Part shown: in pieces, positions 1 to 9,945 of the stretch | Numbering within the stretch: position 1 is the stretch's first letter | Layout: each line of letters starts with the position of its first letter | Source: an uncultured bacterium | GTDB lineage: Bacteria; Bacillota_I; Bacilli_A; RF39; UBA660 | Length of the DNA stretch: 64,000 nt | Assembly: GCA_949284575.1 (NCBI GenBank) | Contig: CASDWO010000061.1 | Location: 16,924-80,923, forward strand | Direction of reading: 5' to 3' | Position numbers and translations under genes: made by a program | Notes under the pieces: generated by a model | Told to the model about the DNA's origin: nothing | Database searches by the model: none | What the model saw: only the letters and a program-made list of their open reading frames with translations

Positions 1-507
1 TGTCACAATTTCGTCCTTTTTGTAATTTTCATCTAAAACTCCATAAATAGGTGAAATAATAGGTGATGGTTTGAATTCGCGTTTTTCTTTTTGCTTAGAA
101 GCTCCACCATATTCATGAATTTTAATATTAGAATCTTTAAAGGAACCATATAGTTTTACTTCTTTTTCCTCTTTAGTGGCAGGTCTTTCTATGATCTCTT
201 CTTTTTTAGAAGGCCTTTTTTCTTCATGATGAACAATTTTTTCTTCTTTTTGTTTTTGTTCATCTAAATTTATAAAATCATCATCTAAAATAGCTTTAAA
301 TTTAAAATCCTTTTCAGGTTTAGGAGGCTCTTTTTTAGGTTCTTCAATTATAGCATCCTCTTTTTTTTCAGGCATTTTAGGTTTTGAATCTTCTATTATT
401 ATTTTTTTAGCGATAGGTTTTTCTTGTTTTTTAGGTTCTTTTTTCTCTTCCACTTCTACATATTCTTCTTCAAAAAGTGCATTTTTTAATTTATCTAATA
501 GTTTCAT
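1..507 (-). CDS. Hypothetical protein, runs off the window; charged low-complexity linker with an FKPSPIISPIYG motif resembling the SftA/FtsK N-terminal region
   Basis: Hand-translated: MKLLDKLKNALFEEEYVEV...KREFKPSPIISPIYGVLDENY; RBS GAGGTG upstream; absent from the ORF track because the stop is outside the window. Confidence 0.75.
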   Translation of the reverse strand, partial: MKLLDKLKNALFEEEYVEVEEKKEPKKQEKPIAKKIIIEDSKPKMPEKKEDAIIEEPKKEPPKPEKDFKFKAILDDDFINLDEQKQKEEKIVHHEEKRPSKKEEIIERPATKEEKEVKLYGSFKDSNIKIHEYGGASKQKEKREFKPSPIISPIYGVLDENYKKDEIVT

Positions 508-522
508 AAACTTTCACCTCAT

Positions 523-1206
523 TTAGTTTTCTTCTATTTCTATTTTTTCTTCATTAGAATCAATATCATAGCCTTCATAAATACCATAACGTTCTTCATA
601 TTCTAGATATGTATCATTAGTAGCAGTACTACCTTTAGGCTTCATAACGTTGTAGGTATCTTCTTTATAGTCTAAAACTTTATTACCAATAATTGTCTCT
701 AAAACATTACGGTTAAACTGTAAAGATTTTAAGATGCTACTTATATTTATAATAGCACTTCTTAATGCATTTTCCTTAACAAAAACTTCTACTTTACCAT
801 AATTATACATATATTGAATAAAATAGTATTTATTATCATTTGTTTTTGTTATTTCTAAATATCCTTCTTTATTAGAATTAGATATTTTTTTTGATAAATA
901 GGCTTTCTTATTAACTGTGTAGTCTAAATTTTCTTTATTATAATAACTTATTACATCGATGTAGAAATAGTATCTATTATTATATTCATCTAAAAAAGTA
1001 GCATTATAATCATCTTTAGATATTAGCTTTAAACCTTTAGGAACATAATATTTATAGCCATCGAATACATTATTAACTAAATTATTATTATTTTCTAGCA
1101 TAGTATCTGTTAATTCTCCTAAATCTTTATTACTAAGGTTGGTACAACCAGTAATGGTAAAAGTTAAGAGAATCAAGAGAAATATTCTTTTTTTCAAGTT
1201 TCTCAC
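523..1206 (-). CDS. Putative lipoprotein
   Basis: Basic N-terminus, hydrophobic stretch, lipobox-like ITGC; GTG start. Confidence 0.7.
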   Translation of the reverse strand: MRNLKKRIFLLILLTFTITGCTNLSNKDLGELTDTMLENNNNLVNNVFDGYKYYVPKGLKLISKDDYNATFLDEYNNRYYFYIDVISYYNKENLDYTVNKKAYLSKKISNSNKEGYLEITKTNDNKYYFIQYMYNYGKVEVFVKENALRSAIINISSILKSLQFNRNVLETIIGNKVLDYKEDTYNVMKPKGSTATNDTYLEYEERYGIYEGYDIDSNEEKIEIEEN

Positions 1207-1245
1207 CTACTCTTATAGTATTATAACAAATTAATAAGACGTTTG

Positions 1246-1872
1246 TCACTTCTTTTGTGCAAAAAGATGATAGACATTTTTCCCTTCTTTACTAAAACGT
1301 TCTTCATACTCACTCATAATAATATCGGTATTTGTTTTATGATAGTCGAATGAGATATCGCTTAAAGCATAATTATTACTACTTAATGATTCTATAGAAT
1401 AGATAAATAATTCTTCATTATCTGTTTTCATCTCAATAGTTTTTTTATCTTTAAAGATAGATTCATATTTATCAAGAAATATTTTACTAGTTAATCTTCT
1501 ATTGTACCATCTTTTTTTAGGCCAAGGATCTGAAAAGTTTAAATATATTAAAGATATTTCTTTAGAAAACACTTTATCAATTTCTAGAGCATTCATCCTA
1601 ATTAGTTTTAAATTTTCTAGATCGTTTGGAATTTTTTTAATCGCTTGGGCGATAACACTATCAAATTTTTCAATACCAATATAGTTAATATTTTTGTTTT
1701 TAAGGGCATTTTCTAAGACGAATTTTCCTTTTCCCATTCCTATTTCAATATAAATAGGATTATTATTATTAAAAATAGTCTGCCATTTACCTTTATAATC
1801 CTCAGGATTTTTAATTAAGTAATGACAATTATTTAATATTTCTTCTTTATTTTTTACATTTCTTAATCGCAT
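1246..1872 (-). CDS. trmB: tRNA (guanine-N7)-methyltransferase
   Basis: MRLRN start, EIGMGKG, NFSDPWPKK, KTDN and SEYE motifs. Confidence 0.97.
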   Translation of the reverse strand: MRLRNVKNKEEILNNCHYLIKNPEDYKGKWQTIFNNNNPIYIEIGMGKGKFVLENALKNKNINYIGIEKFDSVIAQAIKKIPNDLENLKLIRMNALEIDKVFSKEISLIYLNFSDPWPKKRWYNRRLTSKIFLDKYESIFKDKKTIEMKTDNEELFIYSIESLSSNNYALSDISFDYHKTNTDIIMSEYEERFSKEGKNVYHLFAQKK

Positions 1873-1966
1873 AATAACTTCTCCTGTTTTTAATAATATA
1901 TATAGTATATTTTATCATAAAAAGATGATCTTTTGAATATAATATCTTGAAAGTGAGGTTAATTTT

Positions 1967-2215
1967 ATGAATCAAGGTATGCCTATGTGGCCAATGAATC
2001 CAAATATGAACCCAGGTATGGGTGGTGGACCTAATTTCAATAATAGTATTAATCAAAGACTTAATAGTTTAGAAAACCAAGTAAATAGACTTGAAAGACA
2101 AATGAGAAGACTAGAAAATCGTGTCAATAGAATTGAGTCCGCAATGATTAGTCCAAGAACTTATGATAGTCAATCTACTGGTTATGGTAATAGTAATGAT
2201 AAATATATGATGTAA
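1967..2215 (+). CDS. Small Pro/Met/Asn-rich coiled-coil protein, possibly spore-associated
   Basis: RBS GAGGT; heptads RLNSLENQVNRLERQMRRLENRVNRIE; own terminator. Confidence 0.65.
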   Translation: MNQGMPMWPMNPNMNPGMGGGPNFNNSINQRLNSLENQVNRLERQMRRLENRVNRIESAMISPRTYDSQSTGYGNSNDKYMM

Positions 2216-2220
2216 TTTTA

Positions 2221-2240
2221 AGGAGCTTAGGCTCTTTTTT
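2221..2240 (+). terminator. Rho-independent terminator
   Basis: aggagc-tta-ggctct followed by a T run. Confidence 0.65.
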
Positions 2241-2321
2241 GATTAGAGAAAAAAAATTGGGCATACTAAAATTGACAGTTAATAGTAAATAAATTATACT
2301 TTAATATAGGTTGTGATAGAA

Positions 2322-3623
2322 ATGGAATTAAGAGTTTTAGAAAAAAAAGAATATGAAAGTTTTGTAAAGAATAATCCTTATAAGAGTCATTTTTTACAGT
2401 CCTATGATTGGGGAGAATTAGCTAAAGAAGAAAGAGGGCTTACACCTTATTATTTAGGACTTGATAATGAAGGGGAAATTGTAGGAGCAACTCTTTTATT
2501 AAAAAAGAATTTACCTTTAGGATTATGTTATTTATATGCTCCAAGAGGTTATGTAATTGACTTTAAGAACAAAGAAATGCTTGACTTATTTACAGAAGAG
2601 ATTGTTAAATTTGCGAAAAGGAAAAAAGCAATTTACGTAAAGATTGATCCTGATATTATATGGAAGAAGGAAGACTATAAAGGTGAAGTGACAGAAGTTG
2701 AGTCTAAAGATAAAAATATTTATAATGAGTTACTTAGGTTAGGTTATAAGCATATGGGATTTACTAAGAATTTTGAAACTATGCAACCTAGGTATACTTT
2801 TAGAATTGATTTAAAGCAGTCTATGGAGGAAATTGAGAATCATTTTTCAAAGACTACAAAGCAAAGAATTGCTAAATCCCTTAAGCTTAAGACTAAAGTT
2901 GAAATAGGAACTGGGAAAGATATATCAACTTTTTATCATTTAATGATGTTAACGGAATCTAGAAAAGATTTTATCTCTTATGGAATTGATTATTATAAGA
3001 CTCTATATAAATTATTTAATGAAGATAATAAGGCAACTTTGTTTTTAGGTAAAGTTAATATTAAAGATAGTTTAGAAGTATTAAATAGTGACTTAGAAGA
3101 AGTTAATAAAAAGATAGAGGAACTTCCTAAAGAGAATATGTCAAAGAGTGCTAAGAATAAACTTAAAGAGTTAACAAGACAAAAAGAAAACTTAGAAAAA
3201 GAAGTAGATAAATATTCTACTTATTTAAAAGAATATGGTAAGGAAGTTACTCTTTCTGCCCATATGATTTTAGAGTATGGTGATAAAGCTTGGGTACTTT
3301 ATGCAGGAAATCATAATATTTTGACTGAGACTTATGTTAATTATCATACTTATTATGAACATTTGAAGTTTTGTAAAGAACGAGGTTTAAAGATTTATGA
3401 TCAATTTGGAACGATTGGTGATTTATCTAAAGATAATCCGAGACTAGGGCTACATGAATTTAAGAGAAAATTTGGAGGAGATTATATTGAATTTATGGGA
3501 GAATTTGATTATGTGATTAAGCCTTTCTATTATTTTGCTTTTACAAAGTTAGTTCCCTTATATAGGAATATAGTTAAGAAAAGAAAAAAGAAAGAGCTTC
3601 AAGACGAAGTTAAAGAAAAGTAG
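2322..3623 (+). CDS. FemABX/MurM family peptidoglycan bridge aminoacyltransferase
   Basis: HFLQSYDW, YAPRG, KIDP, coiled-coil insert, GLHEFKRKFGG, EFMGEFD. Confidence 0.93.
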   Translation: MELRVLEKKEYESFVKNNPYKSHFLQSYDWGELAKEERGLTPYYLGLDNEGEIVGATLLLKKNLPLGLCYLYAPRGYVIDFKNKEMLDLFTEEIVKFAKRKKAIYVKIDPDIIWKKEDYKGEVTEVESKDKNIYNELLRLGYKHMGFTKNFETMQPRYTFRIDLKQSMEEIENHFSKTTKQRIAKSLKLKTKVEIGTGKDISTFYHLMMLTESRKDFISYGIDYYKTLYKLFNEDNKATLFLGKVNIKDSLEVLNSDLEEVNKKIEELPKENMSKSAKNKLKELTRQKENLEKEVDKYSTYLKEYGKEVTLSAHMILEYGDKAWVLYAGNHNILTETYVNYHTYYEHLKFCKERGLKIYDQFGTIGDLSKDNPRLGLHEFKRKFGGDYIEFMGEFDYVIKPFYYFAFTKLVPLYRNIVKKRKKKELQDEVKEK

Positions 3624-3650
3624 AGATGGATTATTGATCTCTACTTTTTT
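3616..3650. terminator. Probable bidirectional terminator
   Basis: aaaagtagagat...atctctacttttttt between convergent genes. Confidence 0.75.
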
Positions 3651-3776
3651 ATTATTCATGTCTATTATATTTTTTTACTTTTAGCATTAATACTAATTGA
3701 ATTTAATTCATCACCTATTTATATTATGATATACCTTTATATATTTGTAAAGTTATTCCACTCACTGGAATAACTT

Positions 3777-4787
3777 TTATTTTAACTCAAATCTTATTTT
3801 GCCTTTACCATTAGATGAAGTAATTGTAGCGATAGCTCCATTTATTATAGTCATTCTAGGAGCAACGTGCCCTATATCTGTGTTAATAATTATAGGGATA
3901 TTTAAGTCTTTTAAAGATTCATAAATTGCTTCTTCATAAGAAATATCATAATAACTATTACAAGCATAAACTCTACTGAAAAGTATTCCTTTGGTATATT
4001 TAAAATAACAATTATCTTTTAGTTTCCAAAGGATTCTAATAATAGATTCACTAGATAACTCACAAACATCAAAGTACCAAATAATACCATCATCTTTATA
4101 CTTTTCTAGAAAATCTTTAGTTTTATCAAATCTTGTACCGAAAAGATCTGTAATAATATCAAGACAACCACCAATCATTCTTCCTTTTATGTTAATAGCA
4201 TCTTTATTATTTAAATTTTTCCAATATACTTTCTTTGTTAGATTAAAAGGTTCTAATCCTGTTATTAATTTCTTATCTTCTTCATATTTAGAAAAGTTTG
4301 TCTGTTCTACCATATTACCTTTTAATATTTTAAGATTATTTTCTAATGATTGATGCCATGGTTCCATTCCAAAAGATTTGAAATTATCAGAGTAAACTGT
4401 GGCTATATCTAGGTTAGTTGTAACCATAAATAGTAAGCCTGTTGGATCGGAATAGCCTTGTAACCATTTAGGATTTTCTTTAATAACATTAAAGTCTACT
4501 TCACTTAACATTTCAAGTAAGAAATCTCCTCCACCAGATGTAATAATTGTTTTAACATTATCGTCTTTATAGAGGCTTTCTAGCTCCTCTGCTCTTTCTT
4601 TAGAAGAACTGCTTCTTCCTTTAACACTACATCTAACATTAGGTGTTTCTTTTATGTTAAAGCCACGTTTCTCAAAGTTTTTAATGGCATTATCTAATCT
4701 TTTAAGTTTAATTTTATCTGTGATACCATCTGATGGTGCAGTTACACCAATAGTATCTTTTTCTTTTAGAAATTCTGGATAAATCAT
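3777..4787 (-). CDS. S66 family LD-carboxypeptidase (LdcA/MccF-like)
   Basis: IGVTAPS, GYSD nucleophile, GRMIGGCL, DIGH; ATG overlaps the upstream stop. Confidence 0.92.
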   Translation of the reverse strand: MIYPEFLKEKDTIGVTAPSDGITDKIKLKRLDNAIKNFEKRGFNIKETPNVRCSVKGRSSSSKERAEELESLYKDDNVKTIITSGGGDFLLEMLSEVDFNVIKENPKWLQGYSDPTGLLFMVTTNLDIATVYSDNFKSFGMEPWHQSLENNLKILKGNMVEQTNFSKYEEDKKLITGLEPFNLTKKVYWKNLNNKDAINIKGRMIGGCLDIITDLFGTRFDKTKDFLEKYKDDGIIWYFDVCELSSESIIRILWKLKDNCYFKYTKGILFSRVYACNSYYDISYEEAIYESLKDLNIPIIINTDIGHVAPRMTIINGAIATITSSNGKGKIRFELK

Positions 4788-5380
4788 AAGTCCTCCTCTT
4801 TCCAAGGCATAATCGTTAACTTAGGCCATTTCTTTTTCCATTTATTTACTTTCTTTATGTAATCAGTTTCTTTAAAATCTATTTTTACGGGTCTTATTAT
4901 CATATTAAACAAATCATTAAGTCCATAGGGAGCATCTACTATTAATTTATTATTTTCTAGTCTTACTCCTATACAAGTTATAGTTGTTCCCCATCTACTA
5001 ACTGCATCTTCTAAACTTACATATGGCTTTCTATTATCATTATATTTTTTATTGTACCACAAATGCACTCTTGCTTCGTTTTTTATATCTAGTTTTATAT
5101 TTAAATCACTTAATAAATCTTCTACATATTTAATTACTATATCTTCTTTTTCATAAGATGTATCTTCATCATAATAGACAATATCATAATCATTTATATT
5201 TGCATCTATTTTAAAACCATGTAGATAGTTAAAAACAGTTTGATTAATACATCCTGCTCCTACATAATAATTTTTTAAGTTAGATTTCTCTAATCTCCTT
5301 AATACTTCTTTTAAAGTTTCATTTTTGAATAGTATTTCTTCTAAATCTTTTAATTGTTCGTTTAAGTTTTTACTTTCCAT
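4784..5380 (-). CDS. Nucleotidyltransferase family protein (DUF925/NTP_transf_6-like)
   Basis: AGCINQTVFN, DYDIVYYD, KNEARVHLW, APYGL, KWKKKWPKL. Confidence 0.85.
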   Translation of the reverse strand: MESKNLNEQLKDLEEILFKNETLKEVLRRLEKSNLKNYYVGAGCINQTVFNYLHGFKIDANINDYDIVYYDEDTSYEKEDIVIKYVEDLLSDLNIKLDIKNEARVHLWYNKKYNDNRKPYVSLEDAVSRWGTTITCIGVRLENNKLIVDAPYGLNDLFNMIIRPVKIDFKETDYIKKVNKWKKKWPKLTIMPWKEEDL

Positions 5381-5388
5381 AGTACTCC

Positions 5389-6612
5389 TTAATGTCTTAT
5401 TTTATGGATTAGTTTTATTAAATAATAAACTGGAGATGTCTTTATTTCAAACTCACCTATTAACTCTTCTACAAAACCATTAAAGCCTGTTTTAAATTCA
5501 TAGATACCATAGTCTTTATCACTTTTATCAAAGGTGTTAGGAATACCATAAAAATTATATCTTTCAAAGTTATGCTCTATAGCATATTTGATCATTTCCC
5601 ACTGAATTAAATATTGTGAATTATACATCATAAACTCTTCATAGTTACCACTTGATAAATAGATTATTTCAGGATCCGTCATAATAAACATAGAACCTGA
5701 TAGAGTTATGACATTTCCATGTTCTTTTTTAATAGACTCTGCTTCTTTTATTCTTTTATTTATCCCGTTAATAGCATCATTTATAGACTTTCTTTTACCA
5801 TCATTATATTTAGCATCCGATAGTTTTGATAATTCTTTAGATTTTTCTTCCTTTTCTTTATTTAAAAGTTCTAAATGTTTATCTAAGTCTAATTTAGTTA
5901 TTAAATATTTTATCTCGTCTTTTGGTTTAAATAAATCATACATATTCTCAAAATATGCTAGGTTTCTAATGGCAAAACCTTTTCTTTTACCAGTCTCTTC
6001 CATAATCTTATAGAATTCTTTTAAATCTTTTTTTTCTAGTTCAATTATTTCTATACCATTTTTTAGAGTCTTTCTAATCGTATTTCTAGTATTAGGTTTC
6101 ATATTCTTTAGTATTTCATCTTCTGTTTTATCTTTAATATCTAAAACATACATCCAAGATACTTGTTCGCGTTTTTCAAGAGGAAGTAGTTTAAAGCCTA
6201 ATGACTTTATTTCATCTATTATTTTAGTATTATCAATTCCCTCTTCTACTACTTCGCCTTTACCATTACGTTCTTTATTTATGACATAAGGATCAATTCT
6301 TAGAACATAACCTTGGTGTTTTTTAACGAAAGTAGTTAATAATTTTAGAAACTCAGTTAACGTTTTTTCATCATTATAATCTACTAAAGGTCCACGTGGG
6401 GTATAAAATTCATACTTGTTAAAGTGTCTTTTTTTACCAACAAGAAGGGTTGCTCCTACTAACTTGTCATCATCATATAGTCCTAAATAATAAGAAGTCC
6501 AACCATTTAATTCTCTTAGTTTACCTATTTCTTCTGTTTGCATAAAAGTCCTATAAGGACTCTTTTTAGCATAATCTTCAAATGTCTTAACAGCTATTTC
6601 TTTTAATGTCAT
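5389..6612 (-). CDS. FemABX/MurM family aminoacyltransferase
   Basis: FMQT, YTPRGP, RIDP, YNFYGI, FKTGFNG, ELIGEF. Confidence 0.93.
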   Translation of the reverse strand: MTLKEIAVKTFEDYAKKSPYRTFMQTEEIGKLRELNGWTSYYLGLYDDDKLVGATLLVGKKRHFNKYEFYTPRGPLVDYNDEKTLTEFLKLLTTFVKKHQGYVLRIDPYVINKERNGKGEVVEEGIDNTKIIDEIKSLGFKLLPLEKREQVSWMYVLDIKDKTEDEILKNMKPNTRNTIRKTLKNGIEIIELEKKDLKEFYKIMEETGKRKGFAIRNLAYFENMYDLFKPKDEIKYLITKLDLDKHLELLNKEKEEKSKELSKLSDAKYNDGKRKSINDAINGINKRIKEAESIKKEHGNVITLSGSMFIMTDPEIIYLSSGNYEEFMMYNSQYLIQWEMIKYAIEHNFERYNFYGIPNTFDKSDKDYGIYEFKTGFNGFVEELIGEFEIKTSPVYYLIKLIHKIRH

Positions 6613-6613
6613 T

Positions 6614-8284
6614 TTATTTCCTCCTAAACTTACTAGTTATCTTATTTATTAGTTTGCTCCCAAATACTTCTTCTATTAAATTAAATCTATGAGCGACAAA
6701 GAAATATACTATTACACCAATAATAGCATAGATAGCGATAATTGGAATATTTAATAATCTTACTGATGAAGAAATTGGTATTACTAGTTTTACAATACTT
6801 AATACAACAAGCATAGCGATATCTGCTAGTAATATTTTACCTAATAGTTTAACTGTTGGCATATAACTTACACCACATTTTCTTTTTAGGAAGATTAAAC
6901 ATAGAATAATACCTACGGCATAACCTAGTATTGTTGCAGTTATTGAACCATAAACTGGTACAAAACCTAAGTTATGGAAAAGGTTTATTAGAGGAACATT
7001 TAATACTAATTTTATTAATACTCCTACTACTAGAGAAATTAAAACTTCTTTATAGTATTTTAAGACTTGTACTATTGATACTAAAGCTGTATAAGTTGAG
7101 ATTGTTAAAGCGACAAAGACAAAGTATTTAATGATTACCGCACCGTATTCTGAATTATTACCATAGAATACTTCCCAGACAGGTTCACTTAAGAATGATA
7201 ATCCTAAAGTCATAGGAACTGATATGAATAATAATACTTGTAATGTTTGATTTATCTTATGATGGATATCTTTTTTATCTTTCTTAACAGATGCAGAAGT
7301 TAAGTTTGGTATTAAACTTACAATGATACCAGTTGAAATAGAAACAATTATCATATTTATTTTATTACCCCAAGTAGAAATTACACTCATAATATTTTCA
7401 GCATTTATAGTTGTAAGCCCGACATCATTTACCATTGTTTTGACAACTGTAGTCATATCAATAAAGTCATAACATGATTTAAAAACATCAATCATAATGA
7501 AAGGTAGGGCATACCAGAATATTTTTATTAGTATTTCTTTAGTCTTGATTACAGGTTCATCTACTTCAAGAGTCTTTTCATGAAGTTGTTTTTTGTTTTT
7601 TCTAACCTTATCTAATAGATAGAAATAAGCGAATATTGCTCCTGCTGTCGCCCCAAATACAGCGATACCTACTCCTGTTTGTAAAGATAGATGAAAGACA
7701 TTAATAGCAAGGAAACTACCCGCAACTATAATAATTACTCTTACTAGTTGTTCTAGTACTTGACTAATAGAAGGAGGTGTTATAAATTTGTGTCCTTCAA
7801 GGTAGCCTCTATAAATACTAAGAGTTGGAACAATTAAAATAGCTGTTGCAATTACTCTTACTACCATTGTTACATCTTCAATAGTATTACCACCTTCTAA
7901 GTCACCAAGAATTGCTCTTGCAATAGATGGAGCGAAGATAAAGAGAATTATAAAAATGGCTATACCCATAATAATGGCAATCTTCCGTCCTAATTTAAAG
8001 GCTTTTTCTTTAGCATTATAATAACCTAGTGTTTGATATTCACTAATTATTTTACTAATGGCATTAGGAATACCAGCACAACTTAGGGATTGAAATAAAT
8101 TATAAATTGTATAAGCATATCCATATAAAGCACCGCCACTACCACCAATAATAGCATAAAATGGTATTACATAAAGCATACCTAGTATTTTACTACCTAC
8201 GATTCCAAGAGTGGCAATAAAAGCTCCATTTAGAAAGGAGTTTTGCTTTAATTCTTTAGTCTTTTTTGTTTTATTCTTAGCCAT
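6614..8284 (-). CDS. murJ: MOP-family flippase, MurJ (YtgP)-like
   Basis: SKILGMLYVIPF, YGYAY, AGIPNAISK, SQVLEQLVR; many TM segments; RBS GGAGG before MAK. Confidence 0.85.
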   Translation of the reverse strand: MAKNKTKKTKELKQNSFLNGAFIATLGIVGSKILGMLYVIPFYAIIGGSGGALYGYAYTIYNLFQSLSCAGIPNAISKIISEYQTLGYYNAKEKAFKLGRKIAIIMGIAIFIILFIFAPSIARAILGDLEGGNTIEDVTMVVRVIATAILIVPTLSIYRGYLEGHKFITPPSISQVLEQLVRVIIIVAGSFLAINVFHLSLQTGVGIAVFGATAGAIFAYFYLLDKVRKNKKQLHEKTLEVDEPVIKTKEILIKIFWYALPFIMIDVFKSCYDFIDMTTVVKTMVNDVGLTTINAENIMSVISTWGNKINMIIVSISTGIIVSLIPNLTSASVKKDKKDIHHKINQTLQVLLFISVPMTLGLSFLSEPVWEVFYGNNSEYGAVIIKYFVFVALTISTYTALVSIVQVLKYYKEVLISLVVGVLIKLVLNVPLINLFHNLGFVPVYGSITATILGYAVGIILCLIFLKRKCGVSYMPTVKLLGKILLADIAMLVVLSIVKLVIPISSSVRLLNIPIIAIYAIIGVIVYFFVAHRFNLIEEVFGSKLINKITSKFRRK

Positions 8285-8374
8285 ATTTATGTCCTCCAAT
8301 TTCTTTAAATATAATATCATATTATTGAAAAGTTTTAAAGTAACTTGTATAATTAAAGAGGATGGAGGGATTTG

Positions 8375-9625
8375 ATGGAACTAAGAGAACTTTCAAAAAC
8401 AGAATTTGATAGTTATGCTCTTAATCACCCCTTAGGTAGTTTTCAACAAACAAGCTTTTGGGGGAGATTTATGGAAGGAGATAAATTTCATGCTTATTAT
8501 GTTGGGGGATTTATTAAAGAAAGACTTGTCGGTGCTAGTTTACTTCTTTCTTATGAGAGAAAAAAAGGAGAAAAAAGAATTTTTTATGCTCCACGTGGCT
8601 TTTTAATAGATTATAAAAATGAGGAATTATTAAAAGAATTTACCGAAGAAGTTAAAAAGTTTATCATTGAAAAACATGGTGTATTTTTAAAAATTGATCC
8701 TTATATTTTAGTAAGAGATAGAGATAGTGAAGGAAATATTATAGAAGGTGGAGTCTATAATGACTTTGTAGAAGTTAATCTTACTAATGCAGGTTTTATG
8801 AAGGTTAATGATAATATCCAACCTAAATGGCTTAGTAGAATTAATTTAAAAGAAAAAACTATTGATGATATCTTCAGTAAATTTAGTTCTAAAGCAAGAC
8901 AAACTATTAGAAGAAATGAACGACTTGGGTTTAAGATTCGTGATTTAAATTTTGAAAATATAAAGAGATTCTTAAGTATAATTGATCTAGAAAGAAAAAG
9001 GTATAAAATTATTACTCCTACAGAAACTTTCTATAAAGATTTAAAACAAGCTTTTGATGGTAATATTAAATTTAAGGAAGTTTATTTTAAAAAAGATGAG
9101 GTTATTAATAACATTGATAAGATGATTTTAGATGTTAACAAGGAAAAGCAAGATAGAATAAATAATTATCATAATTCAAAAATGACGGAAGAGTATTTTA
9201 TTGATAAAGAATTAGAGGCTTTAGAAGAAATTAAAAGATTAGAAAATTTAAAAGAATATTTTTCTAAATGTGATGATGATGTTAGTATGGGAATTTATAT
9301 GTTTATAACTATAGGTAATGAAGTTGTAGCTTTAAATGGAGGAATAATAGATGAATATAATAAATTAGATGCATCTTATACTCTCCATTATGAAATGATT
9401 AAGTATGCATTAGATAATGGTTATAAGTATTATAATTTATATGAAATCGGTGACATTACTGATTCTAATAATAAATTAAAAAATTCATATAATTATAAAA
9501 AGAACTTTGGAGGAGAAGTTGTTGAATTAGTTGGAGAGTATGATTTAGTAATCGATCCTAAATATACTGATATGGCAAGAAAATATTTTCCAGAGTATTT
9601 AGGAGTTAAAACTATATTTAAGTAA
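8375..9625 (+). CDS. Divergent FemABX/MurM family aminoacyltransferase
   Basis: SFQQTSFW, YAPRG, KIDP, YKKNFGG, ELVGEYD. Confidence 0.88.
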   Translation: MELRELSKTEFDSYALNHPLGSFQQTSFWGRFMEGDKFHAYYVGGFIKERLVGASLLLSYERKKGEKRIFYAPRGFLIDYKNEELLKEFTEEVKKFIIEKHGVFLKIDPYILVRDRDSEGNIIEGGVYNDFVEVNLTNAGFMKVNDNIQPKWLSRINLKEKTIDDIFSKFSSKARQTIRRNERLGFKIRDLNFENIKRFLSIIDLERKRYKIITPTETFYKDLKQAFDGNIKFKEVYFKKDEVINNIDKMILDVNKEKQDRINNYHNSKMTEEYFIDKELEALEEIKRLENLKEYFSKCDDDVSMGIYMFITIGNEVVALNGGIIDEYNKLDASYTLHYEMIKYALDNGYKYYNLYEIGDITDSNNKLKNSYNYKKNFGGEVVELVGEYDLVIDPKYTDMARKYFPEYLGVKTIFK

Positions 9626-9643
9626 TTTTACACATTTGATACT

Positions 9644-9672
9644 TTGACAATTATATAGAAATATGATATTAT
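9644..9672 (+). promoter_or_regulatory. Sigma-A promoter driving a putative antisense sRNA
   Basis: TTGACA (9644-9649), 17 bp spacer, extended -10 TGaTATTAT. Confidence 0.7.
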
Positions 9673-9677
9673 GTATT

Positions 9678-9787
9678 TGTCAAAGAAATTGACATAAAAT
9701 AAAAATGAATACATCTATTAGAATAGATGCTTTCAAAAGATGTTTTTTATAGGGCATCTAATTCCATAAGGAATTAGATGTTATTAT
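9678..9787 (+). ncRNA. Putative antisense/antitoxin sRNA
   Basis: Lies between the promoter and a 12-bp hairpin gcatctaattcc-ataa-ggaattagatgt with a T-rich tail; several internal hairpins. Confidence 0.45.
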
Positions 9788-9864
9788 TATCTATAAATAA
9801 GGGAGATAATAATGAATAGCAAAATAATGATAATTATGAAAAAAGATTTTTCGTGTTTATTCAT
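9787..9864 (-). CDS. 25-aa hydrophobic peptide, type I toxin-like
   Basis: MNKHEKSFFIIIIILLFIIISLIYR*; strong RBS AGAAAGGAG; too short for the ORF track. Confidence 0.7.
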   Translation of the reverse strand: MNKHEKSFFIIIIILLFIIISLIYR

Positions 9865-9934
9865 ATATCTTGCTCCTTTCTATAACTTTAATATTATAGA
9901 AAGCATCTAATTCCAAATAAATGTATTCATATAT

Positions 9935-9943
9935 AGTATAGCA
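9935..9943 (-). promoter_or_regulatory. Extended -10 promoter for the peptide mRNA
   Basis: TGcTATACT; predicted start near 9929, at the end of the long inverted-repeat arm. Confidence 0.55.
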
Positions 9944-9945
9944 TT

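Noticed and set aside
3651..3776. Possible small gene or sRNA after the S66 gene; palindrome ttattcca-ctcac-tggaataa
   Set aside because: Only 2-11 codon ORFs are present. The palindrome is adequately explained as a terminator, although it loosely resembles the box-pair motif.
9680..9935. 6S RNA, RNase P, SRP RNA or tmRNA
   Set aside because: I found no GAGGAAAGUC, SRP loop or tRNA-like ends. The fold is multibranched and contains a strong-RBS ORF. An Rfam scan would settle it.
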